Below are positions 57,877 to 64,000 of a stretch of DNA of 64,000 nt, piece after piece. The position numbers and the translations under genes are program-made. The DNA lies in the IMG/VR virus record IMGVR_UViG_3300046694_000296, positions 124,001 to 188,000 of that record. One strand, given 5' to 3'. The first letter of the stretch is position 1; each line of letters starts with the position of its first letter. Under the pieces are notes generated by a model, which was not told where the DNA came from, did no database searches, and saw only the letters and a program-made list of their open reading frames with translations.

Positions 57877-58691
57877 AGTGTCCTCACTGTGGTTCCGAGG
57901 GTCGAATTCACGTCCAAGTGTCTTTGAGTGCACCCGGAAGCATGTATCGACAGTTCTCCAAGCAGAATTTGCGGAGCAAAGAGGTCCACCTCCAAGGTGT
58001 TCTTTGGGAAACGACGGACTTTATCTGCGAGAGCAAGGACTGCGGTCGCGTCACCAACGGATACGGCAACTACGTCTCGAAGCTCAAGGAGCGGGTCGAC
58101 GAGCTGGAAGCGCAGCTGGCCGCGCTCGCCGCCTACGCCACCGCCGCCAACCCGATGACCGAGGAGGGCGACCGGGTGGCAAACGGCCGCTCACGACTGC
58201 GCGAAGCGTATTGCAAGCAGCAGCCGCTTCCGGTGCCCGACCAGATGGCGCTGGTGTTCCGCGCGGACCTTATGCGCGTCGAGAACCAGAACATGCAATA
58301 CGCCACGCATCGTCGATTCCTGATGGAGCGCGAGGATGCGATCAAGCACGCGATCGGCGACTACTACATGGCGCTCGACCTGCGCGCGCACGGCAGCGTC
58401 GCGGCCGGCGACGCCCTCGCCAAGATCCAGAACGTGCTCGGCATGCGCTGGAAGCAGAACGAAGAACTCACGCGCCGCCTCGGTGAAGCCGCGCAGACTG
58501 CCGCAGTGCCGCCCATGCTCGAAGGCACGTGGCTCATCACGCAGGGCAACGGCCGCCAATACACGGTGCACAGCAGCGCCAAAGCGAACATCGCGCGTGA
58601 CTGCGGTTACACGGTCGAAGAGATCCGTCGCGACGCCGAGAGCGCACCGGGACAATCGAATCAATGCATCACCACGGGGAACCAAGCATGA
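57873..58691 (+). CDS. Hypothetical mosaic protein with an N-terminal Zn ribbon
   Basis: CPHC...C....C; ATGA coupling. Confidence 0.65.
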   Translation: MKCPHCGSEGRIHVQVSLSAPGSMYRQFSKQNLRSKEVHLQGVLWETTDFICESKDCGRVTNGYGNYVSKLKERVDELEAQLAALAAYATAANPMTEEGDRVANGRSRLREAYCKQQPLPVPDQMALVFRADLMRVENQNMQYATHRRFLMEREDAIKHAIGDYYMALDLRAHGSVAAGDALAKIQNVLGMRWKQNEELTRRLGEAAQTAAVPPMLEGTWLITQGNGRQYTVHSSAKANIARDCGYTVEEIRRDAESAPGQSNQCITTGNQA

Positions 58692-59233
58692 AAACGCAGC
58701 AGCAAAGCGCCTTCGACGCGCTCAAGAAGCAGCTCCACGACGACGAGGATATGGCGTGGGCCTGGCACTGCAACATCGCGATGGCCGTCTACGACACTAC
58801 GCAGCCGGCGGTCGATCACCACAACAAGCACCGCTTCGCCAACGAGGGGGCCGCGCGCACGCTGAGCCGTCTGTTCGACGTGGATATGACGAAGCATCCG
58901 CATTGGGAGGATATGAAGGCGGGCTGGGCGATCCTCGACCAGCAGCGCGCCGCCCTTCGCGCGCCGGAAGAGGGCGAGGTGTGGCTGCACCGCAAGGGTG
59001 ACCGCTACACGGTGATCGGCACGACCGACGCGCCCGATGCCGGGAAGGCCGACAAGTTCCCGCGCGTGGTGTTCTACCGCGGCCCGGACGGTCGGAAGTG
59101 GTCGCGCCCGCTCTTGAGCTTCCTCGAGTCCTTCACGCTGGTGCCGGTGGAAACGCAACCCGGCTCGCCCAACTTCGACGGCGCAGAAGCCTACGAAGCG
59201 CATCTGCGCGCCACCGCGGGAGCGCAGGCATGA
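58688..59233 (+). CDS. DUF1653-like domain protein
   Basis: HRKGDRYTVIG...VVFYRG..G.KWSRP...F. Confidence 0.65.
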   Translation: MKTQQQSAFDALKKQLHDDEDMAWAWHCNIAMAVYDTTQPAVDHHNKHRFANEGAARTLSRLFDVDMTKHPHWEDMKAGWAILDQQRAALRAPEEGEVWLHRKGDRYTVIGTTDAPDAGKADKFPRVVFYRGPDGRKWSRPLLSFLESFTLVPVETQPGSPNFDGAEAYEAHLRATAGAQA

Positions 59234-59463
59234 AGCTCACCCCGTGGTTCCCGCCGGACACGAAGCCTGTCCGTCCCGGCATTTACATGGTGGAGGCGAC
59301 TAACCTCTGGTGGCGCTATTGGGACGGCGAACGCTGGCACTTTGGGGTGAGTGTTTCGGAAGAAGTGCCCGCTCCGACACGCGCCTCGAAATGGAATATC
59401 GCGCCGAATCAGAACGTCGCGTGGCGCGGCTGCGCAGAGGAGCAACCATGCCTGAGCTCCTGA
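59230..59463 (+). CDS. Hypothetical phage protein
   Basis: LTPWFP...KPVRPG.Y...WDG.W...WRG motif. Confidence 0.7.
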   Translation: MKLTPWFPPDTKPVRPGIYMVEATNLWWRYWDGERWHFGVSVSEEVPAPTRASKWNIAPNQNVAWRGCAEEQPCLSS

Positions 59464-59687
59464 CCGACGAAGAGATCGAGGCGATCACCCGCGCCGCCTA
59501 CACGGGCGGTAAGGGCGATCCCGAGCGCGACGTGCGCCGCCTGCTCATGCACACGGAAGTGCAGGGCGGGGCGCTCAAGGCTGTGGACGAGTTCTTCGCC
59601 ATGCGTGAGAAGGAACTCGGCAGCCTGTCCAAAGAAGCCGCAAGCGTGCACAAGCTGGTGCGCGCAGCACGGGGGATCAAGGAATGA
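59448..59687 (+). CDS. Hypothetical protein
   Basis: GAGGAG RBS. Confidence 0.65.
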   Translation: MPELLTDEEIEAITRAAYTGGKGDPERDVRRLLMHTEVQGGALKAVDEFFAMREKELGSLSKEAASVHKLVRAARGIKE

Positions 59688-60079
59688 CCGACGAGCAGAA
59701 AACGCAGCTGGAAGCGATCGTCGCGTGCCGGCCCGACTTCCTGCTGCATCACATCGAGCACGACACCAACTACGACGCCAAGCTGCTGAAGAAGGTGTTC
59801 GAGCTGGCGAAGGAGCGCGCGAACGCGCTGCTGGAGAGGGACGCGCTCTACACGATGGGTCAGATGCGCGACTACGCGCTTGGGTTCCACGAGTTGCGGG
59901 TCGGGGAACTGCGAGTCGATGCCGAGCGGTATCGACTCGTGCGGCAGGGCAAGGCGTTGACTGTGCGCGTGCCCGTGAAAGACAAGCAGATCATCTACTA
60001 CCTCGCGGACAAGCCTGAGCCGGGCTTTCCCGAAGCCTATGACGCCGCGGTGGACGCGGCGCGAGGGGTATCGCGATGA
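59684..60079 (+). CDS. Hypothetical protein
   Basis: ATGA coupling; DAERYR motif. Confidence 0.65.
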   Translation: MTDEQKTQLEAIVACRPDFLLHHIEHDTNYDAKLLKKVFELAKERANALLERDALYTMGQMRDYALGFHELRVGELRVDAERYRLVRQGKALTVRVPVKDKQIIYYLADKPEPGFPEAYDAAVDAARGVSR

Positions 60080-60273
60080 GGATCACGATCACCACCGCGC
60101 CGGCCCGCCGTAAGCCGCAGGTGGGCGACCGCAAGCTCATCAACGGCGTGGTCCACGTTCGCAAGCTGAAGCATTGCCGGGACGCGTATGGGCGCGTCAT
60201 CGGCGTCGACAAAACAGGCGGGCGCTATCACTACGAGTGGGCGCCGGTCGTCACGCAGGAGAAGGCAGCATGA
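60076..60273 (+). CDS. Hypothetical protein
   Basis: ATGA coupling. Confidence 0.6.
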   Translation: MRITITTAPARRKPQVGDRKLINGVVHVRKLKHCRDAYGRVIGVDKTGGRYHYEWAPVVTQEKAA

Positions 60274-60815
60274 TGACGTTGCAGCAGTTCTATCTGACGA
60301 AGATCGCGGAAGAGGCGGCGGAAGTCGCCAAGATCGCGTTGAAGGCGCAGCAATTCGGGTTGACCGAGGTTCAACCCGGGCGCGAAGCGAGCAATGCCGA
60401 GCGCATGTATGCGGAGCTCAATGACCTGAACGCGATGGTGCTGGAACTCAACCGCGTCGGCTTCGGGCAGTTCTACTACCAAGCCAATCACGCGGCGATG
60501 TCCGTGAAGATGCAGAAATGCGAGAAGTATCTCGGCTACTCACGCTCGCTGGGCCTGGTCGAGCAGCCGCAGCCGGTATCGCTCGAATACGTCGAAGGCA
60601 TGATGGAGTCGATGAACATGGAGCTCGCGGTCGAGACGTCCCTGCGCGAAGAAGTGACGTTCAACGGCCACACCGCCGTCGTCGAGCAACGCTATGACAG
60701 CCAGGAGCGCCGCTACGGCCAGTGGATCATCGACGGGCTGGAGATGGACTACTACAAGGCGGTCGTCGCGCTGATGAAGCCGAAGGTGGTGCACACCGAG
60801 CAGGTGGCGGCGTGA
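60270..60815 (+). CDS. MazG-like domain protein
   Basis: KIAEEAAEV...K...FG...ELNDL. Confidence 0.55.
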   Translation: MMTLQQFYLTKIAEEAAEVAKIALKAQQFGLTEVQPGREASNAERMYAELNDLNAMVLELNRVGFGQFYYQANHAAMSVKMQKCEKYLGYSRSLGLVEQPQPVSLEYVEGMMESMNMELAVETSLREEVTFNGHTAVVEQRYDSQERRYGQWIIDGLEMDYYKAVVALMKPKVVHTEQVAA

Positions 60816-61225
60816 GCGACGGCGAGGCATTGCGGCGCGAATTGAAGGCGGGCGATCAAATCATCGCGACGGATATCGCCTTTTTCAGACACGCGCCGGA
60901 TAAGCAATCGCAGCACATTGGCGATCTGCTGATGGTCAACAACCCGCGTATCGGCGACGCTGTTGGCGGTGTGTCGCTGAACAACCGGCCGGGCGAGTCG
61001 AGCCGAATCGGGCTAGGCAGCTCGCTGGTGGTCGGCAAGTTTCGTCGAGCAACACCCGACGACCCCGGCTACTTGGCAACCCGCGAGCAGTGGTTCGCCA
61101 TCAAGAACTTGGAGATCGAGAAGCTGCAAGCTCGGCTATGGGCGAAGGGAGTGGATTTTTGGGCCGTTCTCTCAGTCGCAGTTTTGCTGGCTGTTTGTCT
61201 GGTCACGAAAGGCAGTGTCCAATGA
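60812..61225 (+). CDS. Hypothetical protein with C-terminal TM
   Basis: GTGA coupling; hydrophobic C-terminus. Confidence 0.55.
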   Translation: MSDGEALRRELKAGDQIIATDIAFFRHAPDKQSQHIGDLLMVNNPRIGDAVGGVSLNNRPGESSRIGLGSSLVVGKFRRATPDDPGYLATREQWFAIKNLEIEKLQARLWAKGVDFWAVLSVAVLLAVCLVTKGSVQ

Positions 61226-61572
61226 GACTCCTAATCTGCGGCGGCCGAGACTTTGAGAACCTGCCGTGGGCATTCGAGAAGCTCGATGCGTTCCGGCGGG
61301 CCAATGCGGTCACGGTGGTGATCCACGGTGATGCGCGAGGTGCCGACACCATCGGGGGAAAATGGGCTGACACGCGCGGGATACCGGTCGAAAAGTATCC
61401 CGCCGACTGGGCCCGCCTCCGCAACGCAGCGGGGCCGGCTCGCAACGCGCAGATGCTCCGCGAGGGCAAGCCCGATCACGTGTTCGTGCTGCCGGGAGGA
61501 CGGGGCACTGCGAACATGGTCATTCAGGCAAAGGAGGCGGGCGTGCCGATTACGTTCGCGAAGGGATTATGA
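61222..61572 (+). CDS. YspA/SLOG-family (DUF2493-like) protein
   Basis: LLICGGRDF, IHGDARGAD, ADW...AGPARN..M and PGGRGT..M motifs. Confidence 0.85.
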   Translation: MRLLICGGRDFENLPWAFEKLDAFRRANAVTVVIHGDARGADTIGGKWADTRGIPVEKYPADWARLRNAAGPARNAQMLREGKPDHVFVLPGGRGTANMVIQAKEAGVPITFAKGL

Positions 61573-61745
61573 GCCTCAAGCACGAGAACGATCCAGTGAT
61601 GAACATCATCGCGCCGGAGGACATTCCGACCGAGTGCGTGCACAACGGATGCGGCGCGCGCACGACGCTCATCGAAACACACGCCAACTACACGCACGAG
61701 GAATGCGTCATGTGCGGGCAGCAGTATCACGTCTATCAGGACTGA
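61569..61745 (+). CDS. Small zinc-ribbon protein (58 aa, absent from the ORF track)
   Basis: Hand translation MSLKHENDPVMNIIAPEDIPTECVHNGCGARTTLIETHANYTHEECVMCGQQYHVYQD; ATGA coupling; fills the gap exactly. Confidence 0.7.
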   Translation: MSLKHENDPVMNIIAPEDIPTECVHNGCGARTTLIETHANYTHEECVMCGQQYHVYQD

Positions 61746-61748
61746 ACC

Positions 61749-62234
61749 ATGAGCAAGGACAAGACCGCCTACGTGAGCCGCGAAGGGCATCGACTCCAGA
61801 GGGTCGAGTGGCAACGCCTGCGTGCCGACAACGCCTACCGCACGGTTCGGGCGTTCGAGAACGACACGATTGGCGTGACCGCCGAGTGGGTGGGTATCGG
61901 CCAGAATCCGCAGACCGTGCCGCCCCAGCACTGGAAGCTCTACCGCCTGACGGTCGAGAACATCGTGCGCGCCGACGCAGAAGGGAATCCGCTGCCGGTG
62001 CCGCGCCGCACGGTCGATCCAAGCCTCACGCGCGACTTTCGCACCGAGCAGGAAGCGATCGACGCCTACGAAGACGCACTGGTGCGTTTCGGTGGTTGTG
62101 AGTGGTTGCCCGCGCCCGACGGCGCGACTGGCCCGCTCTTTGTCGAGCACGGCAACAAGTTGCAGGTGGGCGAAAGCAAGATCGACGTGCGCGAGCTGGC
62201 CGATGACGTCGCGGACCTCGCCGGGAGCTGGTGA
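61749..62234 (+). CDS. Hypothetical protein with C-terminal GSW tag
   Basis: Ends DVADLAGSW. Confidence 0.75.
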   Translation: MSKDKTAYVSREGHRLQRVEWQRLRADNAYRTVRAFENDTIGVTAEWVGIGQNPQTVPPQHWKLYRLTVENIVRADAEGNPLPVPRRTVDPSLTRDFRTEQEAIDAYEDALVRFGGCEWLPAPDGATGPLFVEHGNKLQVGESKIDVRELADDVADLAGSW

Positions 62235-62482
62235 TGACGGAATGCGATGAAGTCGCCGAAGGGATGCGCGACGATTTTCTCGGCTGGATTCGCGCCGAAG
62301 AGCGCGAGTTGTCGCACTACGCGGCGCGCAGATTCGTGACCGCGCAGATGCCCGACGAGACACCGACGATCCGCGATGACGTGTCCTTGAGCCTCTTCGC
62401 CATCGCGCGGGTGCATGTGCACGACCACACGATGCGCCAGAAGATCGCTGAGATGGACAGTCCGATGGCCGGGAGTTGGTGA
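62234..62482 (+). CDS. GSW-tag paralog 1
   Basis: TGATG coupling; ends DSPMAGSW. Confidence 0.75.
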   Translation: MTECDEVAEGMRDDFLGWIRAEERELSHYAARRFVTAQMPDETPTIRDDVSLSLFAIARVHVHDHTMRQKIAEMDSPMAGSW

Positions 62483-62742
62483 TGGCACGGGATCGCAGCG
62501 GGGAAGCCCGGCGGTGGGTGCCGTCGTTCGCACAGTGGCTCGTCGAGAACAAGATGGAGCTCGATGGGTATGCCGCCTACATCTATGCGCGCAAGGTCGT
62601 CGTGCCGGATAGCGGCCGTCAATACCAGAAAGAGATCGGCGTGGCACTGCTCAAGCTGGCGCAGCAGGAATACGAAGTCGAGGCTCAGAAGCGAGAGCGC
62701 GACGAGGAGATGGCGAGCAACCCATTGGCCGGGAGTTGGTGA
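62482..62742 (+). CDS. GSW-tag paralog 2
   Basis: TGATG coupling; ends SNPLAGSW. Confidence 0.75.
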   Translation: MARDRSGEARRWVPSFAQWLVENKMELDGYAAYIYARKVVVPDSGRQYQKEIGVALLKLAQQEYEVEAQKRERDEEMASNPLAGSW

Positions 62743-63011
62743 TGGCAGAAGCCTCAAGAATCACTGCCGCGAACATGCTTCATGATTTCATGCGCTGGCT
62801 CGCGAAGGAAGGCTATGTGGTGGACGCCCTCGCGGCGCGCGAGTTCGTTGCCAAGCGACTACCGCACCAGTCCATCGACTATCGCATGAGCGTCGTCCAC
62901 AAGCTGCTCGAACTGGCGGAACGGGAAGCGAAGAAGGCGCGCGAGCAGCACGAGGCATCGCCGCCTCAAGATGAAGATTCAGCCGGCAGCCCATTGGCGG
63001 GTAGCTGGTAA
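62742..63011 (+). CDS. GSW-tag paralog 3
   Basis: TGATG coupling; ends GSPLAGSW. Confidence 0.75.
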   Translation: MAEASRITAANMLHDFMRWLAKEGYVVDALAAREFVAKRLPHQSIDYRMSVVHKLLELAEREAKKAREQHEASPPQDEDSAGSPLAGSW

Positions 63012-63038
63012 CGGTTTGTCCATGAGTGGTTGGTTTTC

Positions 63039-63066
63039 AGGGGCGCCTTTGGGCGCCTCTTTTTTT
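63039..63066 (+). terminator. Rho-independent terminator
   Basis: AGGGGCGCC-loop-GGCGCCTCT followed by a T-tract. Confidence 0.8.
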
Positions 63067-63324
63067 GCCTCCAGCGCGCAGCCAAGCCTCGCGTGCTATT
63101 CGCGCGCCCGCACGCATTCCCTGTTAGCAAAAACGCATCCGAGATGCGAGTGCCGGGGCCAAAGACCCGTCTTTAAAGTCTCTCTTGTCGCGACGCACTA
63201 AGCGACGCGAGACAGGGAAGGGCAAAACGGTCCAGCACCATGCGATACGCGCCTTCTCCCGGTCGTGAAAATTGAAACCAGCGCGAACACAGCGCAAACC
63301 AATCTCACTCAGGAGAAATACGCC

Positions 63325-64000
63325 ATGTCCAAGAAAGCCAACGCCTCGAAGAAGTCCCTCGTCGTCAACATGATCGGTGCCGCCGAAGCCGCACCGATGG
63401 ACGCTGATCTCGCAGCGCTCCTGAACGTGCTCGAAGTGCCGGGCGCTGCCGACGCAAGCGCGCCGACCATCGAGGTGATCGAGCAAGCCAATGCGCCGGT
63501 CATCGAAGCCGGGGGCGACATCATCGAGTCCGCTGATGTCGAAACGCTCGACCTGTCCGAGTCGCTTGCTGCGCTCGAAGACAGCGCGCCGATCATTGCG
63601 CTGCCTGAGCTGCTGCCCGAGACGCCTGCGGTGATCGAAATCCCCGCCGAAGTCCTCGCGGGTGGTGAATCCGCTGAGCTCGACGCGGTGCTCGCCAGCA
63701 TCGAGGTGCAAAACAGCTACGCCGCAGCGCCCACGGGTGACGTCGATCCGACGATCGAAGCCGCGACCGAACAAGAAGTCGCAGCCGCCACCGAAGAGCT
63801 GCCCGCGGTCGCCGCAGAGCCGGACGAAGAAGCGGGTGCCGCAGCGGGCGCTGCGCCTGCGAAGACCCGCACGCCGCGCGTGCACTACGCCAACAAGACC
63901 GATCGCATCAAAGCGCGCCTCGGTGCGAAGTTGGGCGACTACCTCGTCCTCGAACTCGCAGACGCCGAGCTCGACGGTGACGCCTTGAAAGCGAAGCAGG
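63325..64000 (+). CDS. Acidic, Ala/Glu-rich hypothetical protein; 3' truncated by the window
   Basis: AGGAG RBS, ATG 63325 (MSKKANASKKSLVVNMIG...), no stop seen before the window end. Confidence 0.75.
   Translation, partial: MSKKANASKKSLVVNMIGAAEAAPMDADLAALLNVLEVPGAADASAPTIEVIEQANAPVIEAGGDIIESADVETLDLSESLAALEDSAPIIALPELLPETPAVIEIPAEVLAGGESAELDAVLASIEVQNSYAAAPTGDVDPTIEAATEQEVAAATEELPAVAAEPDEEAGAAAGAAPAKTRTPRVHYANKTDRIKARLGAKLGDYLVLELADAELDGDALKAKQ

Larger units (their letters stand above)
1..64000. mobile_element. Phage-plasmid (extrachromosomal prophage), SSU5/pHCM2-like gene content; window lies entirely within it
   Basis: Tail and lysis genes co-occur with a plasmid RepA/iteron replicon, ParA partition, TA pair and a phage replication/nucleotide metabolism set (dnaE, dnaB, nrdAB, cobS/cobT-like); no integrase or host housekeeping genes seen. 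Confidence 0.9.

Noticed and set aside
62220-63011. Junction repeats as integron attC sites or CRISPR repeats
   Set aside because: No palindromic attC structure and no integrase or cas gene; the repeats are coding (tag, RBS and stop/start).
63070-63310. Possible tRNA/ncRNA in the intergenic gap
   Set aside because: Only imperfect hairpins and no cloverleaf or T-loop motif; cannot be supported by eye.

Overview
A 64-kb segment of a large, GC-rich temperate phage-plasmid. Its gene content resembles SSU5/pHCM2-type elements, and the host is probably a Burkholderiales bacterium (inferred from composition and the H-NS and small-ORF types). Left end (1-10.9 kb): tail tip protein, a long tail fibre with an autocleaving chaperone domain, tail accessory genes and a lysis cassette (holin-like proteins, SLT endolysin, Rz with embedded Rz1). 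10.9-19.9 kb: PhoH, an Hfq-like protein, DnaB, primase, ATP-dependent ligase and H-NS. 19.9-24.3 kb (minus strand): plasmid-maintenance block with a RelE/ParE-type TA pair, RepA with iterons and DnaA boxes, ParA plus a small partner, and an XRE repressor. 24.5-64 kb: early/replication region with CobT/CobS-like VWA and AAA+ proteins, a sigma-like protein, DnaE fused to a UDG-like domain, an HNH endonuclease, UvsY-like, SSB, 5' exonuclease, RecA, SbcCD, RuvC, NrdAB, ThyX, MazG-like, DnaQ-like, RNase H and many small ORFs. Main unexplained signals: (1) six proteins from at least four unrelated families end in the same C-terminal tag (P-x-x-G-S-W-stop), four of them in a translationally coupled tandem array; (2) a palindromic operator TAAGTAAC-NN-GTTACTTA occurs at about 25 sites and often overlaps -10 boxes; (3) a phage-encoded Hfq/Sm-like protein; (4) the DnaE-UDG fusion with a recoded 3' end next to a homing endonuclease.
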